Assembly (NCBI GenBank): GCA_034670305.1
Contig: JAXMNT010000025.1
Span: 32,001 to 96,000 of the forward strand
Direction of reading: 5' to 3'
DNA length: 64,000 nt
From: Deltaproteobacteria bacterium
Lineage (GTDB): Bacteria > Myxococcota_A > Polyangia > Polyangiales > Houyiibacteriaceae
The first letter of the stretch is position 1. Each line of letters starts with the position of its first letter. This document shows, piece by piece, positions 46,395 to 55,838 of this stretch. Below the pieces are notes generated by a model. It was not told the DNA's origin and searched no databases. It was given only the letters and a program-made list of their open reading frames with translations. A program made the position numbers and the translations under genes.

Positions 46395-47333
46395 CTACTG
46401 CACGCGGACCCGGAGCTGGTAGGTGCCGCAGAGGGCGGCGCCGGGGTGTTCGACGGAGCCGACGCGGATCCACATGAGGCCGTCGGCGTCGTCGCCGTCG
46501 TTGGGCAGGCAGTTGAGGTCGTGGAAGACGCTGACGGTGTTCTCGCCCGTGTCGGCTGTGTCCGAGCAGGTTCCGGCCCCGTCGTTGCGGTCGCCCGAGC
46601 CGCAGTTGTAGGAGAGCGTGCCGCTGTCGCAGGCGAAGCGGACGTCGAGGGTCGGGGTGATGCCGGCGGGGAGGTCGCTGACGGTGACGGTCACGTTGGG
46701 TGGGCCGCCGCCGGGCACGATGCGCGGGCTGCGGTCGTTGATCTGGATCGAGTACCAGTCCTCGTCGGTCTCGTCGTGCAAGGTCGCGTAGCGGGTGACG
46801 GTGCTGTCGGGAATGTCGGACTCGGTGCCGAGGTGGTGGGGGTCGGACTCGGTGCTCGGTTCTGCGGCGTCCGCGCACGGGACGCACGCGTACTCTCCGC
46901 TGCAACGCATCGAGGGATCGCAGACGCCACAGTCCAGGGTCTCGCCGCATCCGTCGGTGACGAGGCCGCACTCTGCCGCGAGGCTGTCGCAGGTCGCGCA
47001 TGCTTCGTAGGCACACAGATGGGTGTCTTCGTCGCAGTACACCCGCATGCCTTCTTCCGGCTCTGCGCAGGGTGTGTTGGGTGGGCAGGCGTTCCGGCAG
47101 CCGTAGTCCGGCTGGTCGAACGTACTGTCCCTCGCGCACGTGCCATCGTCGCAGCGGTGCTCGAAACTACCGCACGGCGGCGGCCCCGAATCGAGGTTGG
47201 CGTCGACCGCCACCCTGCTGTCCACCCCCGCGTCCCCCGGTGCCGCGTCTCCGCCGCCCCCATCCTCGGGCGACTTCACGACCAGACATCCCATCGTCAC
47301 GACGAGACAACCCCACTTGATACTGCGCGACAT
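46395..47333 (-). CDS. Cys-rich lipoprotein with C-terminal beta-sandwich (PPC-like) domain
   Basis: Lipobox-like TMGC; DAG linker; CGLVTDGCG..LDCGVC module; DEDWYSI and YQLRV. Confidence 0.82.
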   Translation of the reverse strand: MSRSIKWGCLVVTMGCLVVKSPEDGGGGDAAPGDAGVDSRVAVDANLDSGPPPCGSFEHRCDDGTCARDSTFDQPDYGCRNACPPNTPCAEPEEGMRVYCDEDTHLCAYEACATCDSLAAECGLVTDGCGETLDCGVCDPSMRCSGEYACVPCADAAEPSTESDPHHLGTESDIPDSTVTRYATLHDETDEDWYSIQINDRSPRIVPGGGPPNVTVTVSDLPAGITPTLDVRFACDSGTLSYNCGSGDRNDGAGTCSDTADTGENTVSVFHDLNCLPNDGDDADGLMWIRVGSVEHPGAALCGTYQLRVRVQ

Positions 47334-47692
47334 GACGTTTCCTTCTGGACCCCACGAAAGCTTATGCAGAGATTGGACCGAGAGGAAAACAACTGTGATT
47401 TCGGCGGAGAGCGACCTCGTCTTCAGGAGAGTGCGTTGCCCCAGTCACACCGCTGAGCCGCACCGGCACGTCCTCGAATGGCGATGGGAGGTTGGCCCGG
47501 CTCCGGGTGGCAGACCCGAACTCGACGCGGCCGCCAAGCCGCTGAGTCCAGTTGAAAACGAGCGGCCTCTCACCGCGACGGGGGTTCAGGCACCGGTTCG
47601 GCGGCCGGACACGCCGGTTCGGTGCAGGTGCCGCCAGCAAAACCCCGCGTCGGGCGGCGCAACCATGGATGCGCGTGTAGGATGCCGGCGCC

Positions 47693-50600
47693 ATGCGTTT
47701 CTCGATACTTCTCACGCTCGTTCTGCTGGTTCCCCCGTCGTTTGTGGGGCCCGCGCACGCGCAACGATCGCGCAATCCGTTCGATGCGGAGACGACGCGT
47801 CTCGCACGCGAGGTCGAGCGGAACGGGCGGCGGCCGGAGCGGGCGATGGTTCCGCTTCTGGACCTCATTCGGTACGGCGAAGAGACCTCGCCAGGCACGA
47901 CCGACCGGGCGCTCTCGCGGCTGGCCGCGAGCCGCCGCATCGATCCCATGGTGCGCAGTTTCGCCGCGACCTACCACGCCTACGGCATGGTCGGCGCGGG
48001 CGATCCCGCCGGTGCGCAGAGCCGGCTCGACGAGCTCGGGTACGTGCGGCACTGGCAGGTGGTCGGGCCGTTCGACAACGAGGGCAAGAGCGGGTTCGAC
48101 CGTGAGCTGCCTCCGGAAGCCGGACGTTCCGGGCCGGTCGATCGAGAAGCGCGGTTCCAAGGCAAAGAGCGCGAGGTCTCCTGGCGCGCGTACCCGCCGG
48201 ATCTCAACCGGTACAGCTACGTGGATCTCGACGCGGTGTTGCGTCCGAACGTCAACGTCTGTGCCTACGCGGAGACGTTCGTGTTCAGCGAACGCGCGCA
48301 GCCGCTGACCTTGTGGCTCGGTTCGGGCGGGGCCAACAAGGTGTGGTTCAACGGCGAACTCGCCGGTACGGACACGGAGTACCGTTCACCAGAAATCGAT
48401 CGTTCGGTGGCGCTCGTCGGCGCACGCGCGGGCTGGAACCGGGTGCTGGTCAAAGACTGCGTGGCGGACGGCAAGTGGGGGTTCTTCCTCCGCATCGGCG
48501 ACGTGCGCGGCGGGCAGGCGACTGGCCTACGAATCGATCCGGGCGGCGCGACGGCGGCGGCGGCGGCACCCGAGCGCGCCGCGACGTTGCCCACGGCGCC
48601 GACCGCGGTGCTCGCACGCCTCGAAGCGGCGGTGGCCGACGACGACGAGGACGCTGCGGCCCGAGAGGCGCTGGCGCGGTTTCTCGCGGCGACCGGGGCC
48701 GACGATGGCGACGCCAACCGGGTGCGGCAGTTGGCCGAGCGCTCGGTGGAGCTGCAGCCGAACGTCGATCGCATCCTCTTCGCAGTGCGCCAGGTGGAGT
48801 CGCGGGCGGAGCGCATGCGGCTGGCCCAGCAAGCGGAAGAACTCGCGCCGCGCGACCCGCGGGTGCGGCTCTTGCGCGCCGAACTGGTCGCGGGTGGACC
48901 GGACGCCGGTCGCGCGCTCCGCATGCTCGACTTCCCGACGAACACCATCACGGGGATGAAGGCCGCCTGGCTGCGCGCGTCGATGCTGGAGGAGGACGGG
49001 CTCCCGCTCTCGGGTCTCGCGCTCATCGAAGAGATGAGCGAGACGAGCGGCGGCGCGCTCTCGTGGGTGTCGCGCCTGCGCCGCGCCTACGCGAACCTTG
49101 GCCGGCGCGAAGCGAGTCTGCGGCTCACCGAACAGGTCCTGTCGATGGCGTACGACAACGCGGAGGCTCGGCGCATCTTGATCGCCGACGCGCTCGAGCG
49201 CGACGAACGCGACCGGTTGCGGGCGGAAGTTCAGCACCTGCGCGCGGCGTTCCCCGGTTCGTCTCGGGTGCTGGCGGAAGCCGCAGGGCTGCACGAAGGG
49301 CTCGGTGAGATCGACGAAGCGCTCGAGCTGTACCGGACCATCATCGCGACGTGTCCCGACGAGTCCAGCCACCACGTACAGTACGGACGCGCGCTGCTGC
49401 GCCTCGGGCAGCCGGGGCCGGCGGCGGATGCGTTCCGCGCCGCACTGGTGCTGCGGCCGCAGGACGGTCAGACCCGGCGCATGCTCGAACGCATCCGTCC
49501 CGCTGCGCGCGAAGACGAAGCGTTCGCGGTCGACATCGAGGAGATCCTCGCCCGGCGGCTCGAGTCGAGCGACTGGCCCGCGACCATGCTCCAGGATCTG
49601 ACGGTCAACACCGTGTACGAGAACGGGCTCAGCGCCTCGTTCCGGCAGATCAGCTACCAGGTGCACTCGGTGGAAGGCGCACGGCAGATGCAGAGCTACC
49701 CGATCTTCCATGAGCCCGGCGCCGAGTGGGTCGAGGTGCGTTCGGCCCGCGTGCACCGTGCCGATGGCCGAGTGGACGAGTCGATCCGCACCGGGACCCG
49801 GAGTCTCGGTGACCCGCGCTACCGCATCTACTACAACACCGCCGCGCTGGTCGTGCAGTTCCCGGATCTCGAGCCAGGCGACACGGTGGAGCTTCGCTAC
49901 CGGGTGGAGAACAACAGCCGCCGCAACGAGTTCAACGACTACTACGGGGACCTGCGACCGTTGCGCGGCCGGGTGCCGGTCCAGAACTTCGACTACGTGC
50001 TCCGCACGCCGACTTCGCGCGAGTTCTACTTTAACGAGCCGAACCTTCCCCGGCTGACGCACGAACGGACCCAGTCGGGCGACCGTCGCATCGACCGGTT
50101 CCGCGCGACCAACATCGCGCCGGTGCGCTCCGAGCCGCGCATGCCCGGCCTCACCGAAGTCGCGCCCTACCTGCACGTCTCCACGTACGACAGCTGGGAG
50201 CGACTCGGTCGCTGGTGGTGGGGGCTCGCGCAGGATCAGCTGCGGCCCGACGAAGCGCTCGAGCGCACGGTGCGCGAGCTCGTGGACGGCGCGACCGACA
50301 CGCGCGAGAAGGTGGCGCGCATCTACGGATGGGTGCTGCGCAACACGCGCTACGTCGGCCTCGAGTTCGGCATCCACGGGTTCAAGCCGTATCGGATCAC
50401 CCAGGTGGTCGAGCGGGGCTTCGGCGACTGCAAAGACAAGGCGTCGCTGCTCTACGCGATGTTCCGGATCGCGGGCATCGACGCGCGGATCGCGCTGGTG
50501 CGCACCCGGAGCAACGGCGACATCTCGGACACGCCAGCGTCGCTCGCCGCGTTCAACCACGCCATCGCGTACGTGCCGGAGCTCGACCTGTTCCTGGATG

Positions 50601-51349
50601 GAACGACCGAGACCAACGGCACGAGCGAGCTGCCTCCGCAGGACCAGGGGGTCATGACACTCCTCGTCGGTCCAGAGACGGTGGAGCTGCGCCGCACGCC
50701 GGTGCTGCCGGCCGCACGACAGCTGCAAGAGCGCACCTTCGATGTGCAGCTCGCGCGCGACGGCTCCGGCACCGTGCGTGGCCAGGAGCTCATCGTCGGG
50801 GCCATGGCCGGCGGCTACCGCAGCAACTACGAAGCCGAAGGGACCCGCGTCGAGCGGTTGCAGCGCGAACTCTCCGGCATCTTCCCTGGCGTCGAAGTGC
50901 AGGAGCCCGTGTTCGAGAACCTGGACGACTTCGAGTCGCCGGTGCGCTTTCGGTACGAGGCCACCGTGCCGCAGTTCGCCGAGCGCACGGGGACCCAGCT
51001 GCAGGTCGCCACGTGGCCACTCGGTCGGCTCGTGTCCGCGTTTGCCACCGCGCCCACCCGGCGCCTTCCGATGGATCTCGGCGGCCGCTACGCGTACCGC
51101 GAGCGGCGGATCGTTCGCCCGGCGGCGGGACTCACCATCGCGCGTCTGCCCGACGGCGGGGAGGTGGAGTCGCCCTTTGGCTCCTTGAAGGTCGAGTTCA
51201 GCCGAGACGGCAGCGCGATCGTGATCCAGACCGAACTGATGATGAACCGCGACCGCATACCGGTTGCTGACTACCCCGCGTTCCGTGCGTGGGCCGAACA
51301 AGCCGACGCGATCTTGCGGCAGCGACTGATCTTGGAGGGGGCACAATGA
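47693..51349 (+). CDS. Exported TPR + DUF3857 + transglutaminase-like protein (intact Cys-His-Asp triad)
   Basis: Signal ending AHA-Q; WQVVGPFDN domain; TPRs; FPDLEPGDTVELRY; RYVGLEFG..GDCKDKA, FNHAI, FLDGT. Confidence 0.92.
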   Translation: MRFSILLTLVLLVPPSFVGPAHAQRSRNPFDAETTRLAREVERNGRRPERAMVPLLDLIRYGEETSPGTTDRALSRLAASRRIDPMVRSFAATYHAYGMVGAGDPAGAQSRLDELGYVRHWQVVGPFDNEGKSGFDRELPPEAGRSGPVDREARFQGKEREVSWRAYPPDLNRYSYVDLDAVLRPNVNVCAYAETFVFSERAQPLTLWLGSGGANKVWFNGELAGTDTEYRSPEIDRSVALVGARAGWNRVLVKDCVADGKWGFFLRIGDVRGGQATGLRIDPGGATAAAAAPERAATLPTAPTAVLARLEAAVADDDEDAAAREALARFLAATGADDGDANRVRQLAERSVELQPNVDRILFAVRQVESRAERMRLAQQAEELAPRDPRVRLLRAELVAGGPDAGRALRMLDFPTNTITGMKAAWLRASMLEEDGLPLSGLALIEEMSETSGGALSWVSRLRRAYANLGRREASLRLTEQVLSMAYDNAEARRILIADALERDERDRLRAEVQHLRAAFPGSSRVLAEAAGLHEGLGEIDEALELYRTIIATCPDESSHHVQYGRALLRLGQPGPAADAFRAALVLRPQDGQTRRMLERIRPAAREDEAFAVDIEEILARRLESSDWPATMLQDLTVNTVYENGLSASFRQISYQVHSVEGARQMQSYPIFHEPGAEWVEVRSARVHRADGRVDESIRTGTRSLGDPRYRIYYNTAALVVQFPDLEPGDTVELRYRVENNSRRNEFNDYYGDLRPLRGRVPVQNFDYVLRTPTSREFYFNEPNLPRLTHERTQSGDRRIDRFRATNIAPVRSEPRMPGLTEVAPYLHVSTYDSWERLGRWWWGLAQDQLRPDEALERTVRELVDGATDTREKVARIYGWVLRNTRYVGLEFGIHGFKPYRITQVVERGFGDCKDKASLLYAMFRIAGIDARIALVRTRSNGDISDTPASLAAFNHAIAYVPELDLFLDGTTETNGTSELPPQDQGVMTLLVGPETVELRRTPVLPAARQLQERTFDVQLARDGSGTVRGQELIVGAMAGGYRSNYEAEGTRVERLQRELSGIFPGVEVQEPVFENLDDFESPVRFRYEATVPQFAERTGTQLQVATWPLGRLVSAFATAPTRRLPMDLGGRYAYRERRIVRPAAGLTIARLPDGGEVESPFGSLKVEFSRDGSAIVIQTELMMNRDRIPVADYPAFRAWAEQADAILRQRLILEGAQ

Positions 51350-54300
51350 ATCGCCCGACGGGTGGAGTGGGTTGGGGGTTCTCGACGGCCGCCGCGTTGC
51401 TGATGGGCGTGCTCTGCGTCGCCTGTGGACCACGCGGTTCGGGATCCACGTCGTCCACACCGACGGCGCTGGAGCAGCTCCGTGCCCGTGCGGAGGCGGC
51501 GCCCCAGGATGCGCAGATCTGGGCCCAGCTCGCCGAAGCCGAGATGCTCCACGACGGGGGCGATGCGTCGCGCGCCCGTGCGGCGATCGACCACGCGCTC
51601 CAGCTTCGACAGGCCCCGTCGACGCTCTTCTTGTCTGGGCTCGAGTATGAGAACCACGGACAGCCGGACGAGTCGCTCGCGGCCTACATCGCGGCCATCG
51701 ACGCCGCGCGTGCGTCCGACGATCCGCTCGCGGGCGTGGTCGCGGAGGTCTCTCTCGACGCGGTCCGACATCTGCGGGGTTCGGCACGCGGATACGACGC
51801 GGCTCTCAATCCGCTGCTGCGCCGGGTCCTGACCGAACCGGGCAAGCTCGGCTTCGTCGCGGTGGAAGCGGCGAGTGGCCTACTCCGCCGGAGCGCGGCG
51901 CGGCGCGGCGACACACCCATGCGCGAAGAAGCGACGGCGGCCCTTGGTTGCCTCACCGAATGGCGCGCCGCCGGGCCCTTCGGTCCGTGGGCGATGCTCG
52001 ACTTCGACCGGGCCTTTCCAGCAGAGGCGGTCGGTGCGCTCGGCGCGGAGTACGACCTCGGACCGGGCGCGGGCAGTCACCCGTCGTTCGAACCCAAACA
52101 CCACGACTGCCGGCTCGACCTCGCGGGTCCCGACCACCGCGGCTCCGGCACGACGGTGGCGGAGTCGTTCTTCGAGGTCGAACACGCCGGGCCACACCTC
52201 TTGACCATCGACAGCGCGGCGGGTCTGCGGGTGCGGGTGGACGGCGCCGAAGTGGCGCGGGTCGATCGCCGCGACCGCATGTTGCCGAGCTTCACGTACG
52301 TGTCGCTGCCGCTGACCGCGGGTCGGCACGAGCTCGAGATCTCGTTCGTCTCCAACTCGGGTGCGGTCTCGGCAACGGTGATGCTGGACCGCAACGACCG
52401 GGTGCAGCCGGGGTACGACCCACAGCGTGGCGTCGAACTGCCGACCACCGAGACCCACCTCGGTCACATCCTGCGGGCGCTGGCGCTTCGGGGTCGGGGC
52501 GACGGGCTCGGTGCCCGAGAGGCGTTCCGTCCCATCGCGGAGGCGAACTCGGCCGCGACCAAGTTGTTCGCCGCGGAGATGCTCGGCGCCGACCCATTCA
52601 TGCCACAGCGGCGCGCACAGGATCTGCGGCGCCGGCTCTACGAAGAAGCCGCGGCGCTCGACCCGCAGTCCGTGGTGGCGGCGCTCGCGCTGGTGCAGGC
52701 GCAACAAGGGGAGCAGGAGCAGTTCGCGGCGCTTCGAGCGGTGGTGGAACGGTTCCCGAACCTCGCGCCGGTTCAGCTCGCCTGGGCCGGAGCGTTGCGG
52801 CAGCGCGGGCAACAGTCCGAAGCGGAAGTCGTCATCCGCCACGTCGCCGAGCTGCTGCCGGCCGAGTGCGGTCCGGTGCGCGCGCTGCGGGGGTTGATCC
52901 GCTCCAATGACCGCGTCGCGGAAGCCAACTCGCTCGTGGAGCGGCTGATGCAGTGCAACGCGTCCTCGTCGGAGCGACTCGAGCTCCTGATGCGTCGCCG
53001 GCAGTGGGACGAAGCGCGCGCAGAGATCGAACGTCTGGAAGCCTTCGCGTCACCCGAAGCGACCCGAGCCCAGCAGCTCGTGCTGGCGGTGGCCACCGGC
53101 GACACCGCCACCGAGACGCGGATCCGCGCGGAGCTCGAAGAGGAGTCTCCGGACAGTCGGGACTCCACGCTTGGCCAGGTCGACCGGTTGCTTGCGGCGG
53201 GCGACCGCGCGGCGGCGATTCGTTTGCTCGACGAGGCGGCGGAACGCGACCCAGCTCGGATGAGCGGGCTGCGTTCGGTCCGACGGGACCTGACGGGCCG
53301 GGACGAGCTGGAGCCGCTGCGACTCGACGGGCTCGCGCTCATTCGTGCCTACGAGGACGAACACACCGGCGACCACGCGGCGGCCGGACAGGTGCTGGTG
53401 CTCGACTACATGGTCGTCCGGTACTTCGACGATGGGTCGTCTCGCACGCTCATTCACCAGGTGACGAAGATCCAAGACGAGCAATCGCTCGAGCGCCTCG
53501 GCCAGATCTCCATTCGGGGCAACCTGCTCACGCTGCGTTCGGTGAAGCCGGACGGCCGGGTGCTCGAACCCGAAGCCATCGCGGGGCTCGACAGCATCCC
53601 GATGAGCGACCTCGAGATCGGCGACTACGTCGAGTACGAGTACGTCACGACGAGCGGTCCGATGGTCAACGGCGCCATCTCGAACTCCGGATGGTCCTTT
53701 CAGAACTACACCGAGCCGTTCGTCTTCAGTCAGATCATTGCGCTGCTTCCCGAAGGCCTGGACCTGGTGGTGGATCGCAGCGGTGGTGCACCTGAGGCGG
53801 TGGAGACCCGCCGCGGTGAACTGCGGCAGCTGACGTGGACGATGGAGAACGTGCCTGCGCTTCCGCAGGAACCGAGCAGTGTTCCGCTTCCGCCGTTCCG
53901 TCCGTACATGGCGTATGGGCAATGGACGTTCGTGAACCAGTTCCAAGCGCAGCTCGAAGGGCTGCGCGACAAGGATCCGTTCGACCCGGCGGTCGAGCGA
54001 CTGGTGGCGCAGGTGCTCGGCGATCTGCGCGATGCACCGGCGCCGCAGAAGCTCGCACGGCTGCACCGCTGGGTGCTGGAAGAGATCGATCCTGCGGGCG
54101 GGTGGGGCGGCTACGCGCCGGTGATGGTCCATGCGCGGCGCGGCGACCGCACGCGGGTGCTGCGTTACATGCTGCAGATGGCTGGCTTGCCAACCGACAT
54201 CGTGATCGTCCGCGGCCTCGGCACGCCCGACCCGCGCACGCTCGCGAACGACGACGTGTACGAGACCGCGGTGCTTCGGGTCCGAGCGCCGGGCGCGCAG

Positions 54301-55068
54301 CCGCTCTTCGCCTTCGCGGAGATTCGAGGCACCACGTGGGATGTGCTCCCGGTCCAGGTGCGGGGCCAAGAAGGCGTCGTGCTCGCCGTTCCGAGCGAAG
54401 GAGACGCACTCGAACGGGTGACCCTCCCGGACCCCGGCCCGCAGATGGACCGCCACGTGGCGCACCTCGACGTGCAGCTCGAGCGCACGGGCGACGCCCG
54501 CGTGCGGGTGCGTGAGACTTTCTACGGCACCACCGCCGCGATGTGGCGTCAGCAACTCAAAGAAGTGCCGCCGGCAGAGCTCCCGCGTCTGATGGCGGAG
54601 CAGTACGTGCCGCGTCTTCTGGTCGGTGCGGAGGTCGAGTCCGTGCAGGTGGGCGGCGTCGAGTCTTGGGACGCGCCGATCACGTTCGACTACGCCGCGC
54701 GCGTCCGGGGTTACGCCCGTGTCCGTGGCGGTGCGCTGATGTTGCCGCCCATGCACCCGAGCAACCTCACCCGAAGCCACGCGCCGCTCCCGGCGCGCAC
54801 GACGACGCAACTCGTTGGCGGCCACGTGCGTGAAGTGACGACGGTGGTCCGCGGCGTGTCTGCACAGACGCCGATTCCGCAAGCGGTCCAGTGGAGCGAA
54901 CGCGGCATCCAGTACGCCCGGACGAGTCGTCGCGAAGGCAACGACCTGGTCGTCGAGCGCCATGTGCACGTCCCCTGGGGCACGGTGACGGCCGCGGACT
55001 ACCCCGCGTTCGCGGTGCTCATCCGGCGACTCGCCGCAGTGGAGAGCGCGGAGATCGAGGTGCGGTAG
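51346..55068 (+). CDS. Lipoprotein, TPR + DUF3857 + degenerate transglutaminase-like paralogue
   Basis: ATGA overlap; lipobox LCVAC; WRAAGPFG domain; DLEIGDYVEYEY; RRGDRTRVL in place of GDCKD. Confidence 0.88.
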   Translation: MNRPTGGVGWGFSTAAALLMGVLCVACGPRGSGSTSSTPTALEQLRARAEAAPQDAQIWAQLAEAEMLHDGGDASRARAAIDHALQLRQAPSTLFLSGLEYENHGQPDESLAAYIAAIDAARASDDPLAGVVAEVSLDAVRHLRGSARGYDAALNPLLRRVLTEPGKLGFVAVEAASGLLRRSAARRGDTPMREEATAALGCLTEWRAAGPFGPWAMLDFDRAFPAEAVGALGAEYDLGPGAGSHPSFEPKHHDCRLDLAGPDHRGSGTTVAESFFEVEHAGPHLLTIDSAAGLRVRVDGAEVARVDRRDRMLPSFTYVSLPLTAGRHELEISFVSNSGAVSATVMLDRNDRVQPGYDPQRGVELPTTETHLGHILRALALRGRGDGLGAREAFRPIAEANSAATKLFAAEMLGADPFMPQRRAQDLRRRLYEEAAALDPQSVVAALALVQAQQGEQEQFAALRAVVERFPNLAPVQLAWAGALRQRGQQSEAEVVIRHVAELLPAECGPVRALRGLIRSNDRVAEANSLVERLMQCNASSSERLELLMRRRQWDEARAEIERLEAFASPEATRAQQLVLAVATGDTATETRIRAELEEESPDSRDSTLGQVDRLLAAGDRAAAIRLLDEAAERDPARMSGLRSVRRDLTGRDELEPLRLDGLALIRAYEDEHTGDHAAAGQVLVLDYMVVRYFDDGSSRTLIHQVTKIQDEQSLERLGQISIRGNLLTLRSVKPDGRVLEPEAIAGLDSIPMSDLEIGDYVEYEYVTTSGPMVNGAISNSGWSFQNYTEPFVFSQIIALLPEGLDLVVDRSGGAPEAVETRRGELRQLTWTMENVPALPQEPSSVPLPPFRPYMAYGQWTFVNQFQAQLEGLRDKDPFDPAVERLVAQVLGDLRDAPAPQKLARLHRWVLEEIDPAGGWGGYAPVMVHARRGDRTRVLRYMLQMAGLPTDIVIVRGLGTPDPRTLANDDVYETAVLRVRAPGAQPLFAFAEIRGTTWDVLPVQVRGQEGVVLAVPSEGDALERVTLPDPGPQMDRHVAHLDVQLERTGDARVRVRETFYGTTAAMWRQQLKEVPPAELPRLMAEQYVPRLLVGAEVESVQVGGVESWDAPITFDYAARVRGYARVRGGALMLPPMHPSNLTRSHAPLPARTTTQLVGGHVREVTTVVRGVSAQTPIPQAVQWSERGIQYARTSRREGNDLVVERHVHVPWGTVTAADYPAFAVLIRRLAAVESAEIEVR

Positions 55069-55088
55069 GAACGGGGGCCAAGGTGTTC

Positions 55089-55138
55089 CCCGTGCCCGTG
55101 CCCGAGGGCGTCGTTCCTTGCCCTTGCCCCTGCCCTTG
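55089..55138 (+). repeat. CCCGTG/CCCTTG tract
   Basis: Same module as 10404-10439; followed by a short CCGAAG/CCGACG run at 55165-55184. Confidence 0.8.
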
Positions 55139-55187
55139 GGGTCCTAAGGGGCTGCGTTGGAGTTCGAAGCCGACGCCGAAGCCGCAT

Positions 55188-55419
55188 GCTGATTGCCGCT
55201 GATTCTGCCGCTGATTCTGCCGCTGATTCTGCCGCTGATGCTGCCGCTGATGCTGCCGCTGATGCTGCCGCTGATTCTGCCGCTGATGCTGCCGCTGATG
55301 CTGCCGCTGATGCTGCCGCTGATGCTGCCGCTGATGCTGCCGCTGATGCTGCCGCTGATGCTGCCGCTGATGCTGTCGCTGATGCTGCCGCTGATGCTGC
55401 CGCTGATGCTGCCGCTGAC
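55188..55419 (+). repeat. 12-mer tandem array (GCTGATGCTGCC/GCTGATTCTGCC) x about 19
   Basis: Near-perfect tandem units. Confidence 0.97.
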
Positions 55420-55464
55420 GGTGCCCGGGGATGGGCGCATGCCCCGCCGCTGCTGCGTCCCTCC

Positions 55465-55555
55465 AACTCCCCCCTCTCCCGAAACCAAACCAAGAGCCGA
55501 CGAGAACCGGCCACCAAGCAGGAGAGCCCCGCCCACGAGAAACAATCCAGCGGTT
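55465..55555. other. Conserved non-coding motif A, copy 2
   Basis: AACTCCCCC, CTCTCCC, GCAGGAG, ACGAGAA and GCGGTT; the last four have the same spacing as in 45274-45355. Confidence 0.65.
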
Positions 55556-55683
55556 GGCTCTGGGGCTCAACCGGAATGACTGGTGACTTGCCAAGCGTGC
55601 ACGTGGTCATGCCTGCGGGCGTTGCGTGACTTGTCGGCGCCCCTCCGTTTTGGGGGGAGTTCCGTCGCAGAAACCCCAGGGTG

Positions 55684-55822
55684 CCGAAGCCGGACGCCGA
55701 CGCCGAAGCCGATGCCGATGCCGAAGCCGATGCCGACGCCGAAGCCGAAGCCGACGCCGAAGCCGATGCCGATGCCGATGCCGAAGCCGAAGCCGATGCC
55801 GATGCCGATGCCGATGCCGACC
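55684..55822 (+). repeat. Hexamer tandem array (CCGATG/CCGAAG/CCGACG)n, locus 5
   Basis: About 23 units ending 16 bp from the stop of the 55839-57215 gene. Confidence 0.95.
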
Positions 55823-55838
55823 CGGTCACCCTCCAGTT

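Noticed and set aside
47334-47692. ORFs or ncRNA in the divergent intergenic gap (also 60003-60441)
   Set aside because: No motif, codon bias or convincing structure seen beyond the glgP-proximal palindrome; likely promoter regions.
48527-54969. Very long antisense or alternative-frame ORFs (e.g. 48527-51787, 53050-54969; likewise 31103-34855, 22130-24289)
   Set aside because: Shadow ORFs typical of high-GC genomes; they overlap genes with clear motifs on the other strand or frame.
55019-55629. ORFs (QHQR)n, (SGSI)n, (ADAA)n and (LPLM)n over the 12-mer array
   Set aside because: By-products of the tandem repeat; several overlapping frames are equally open.
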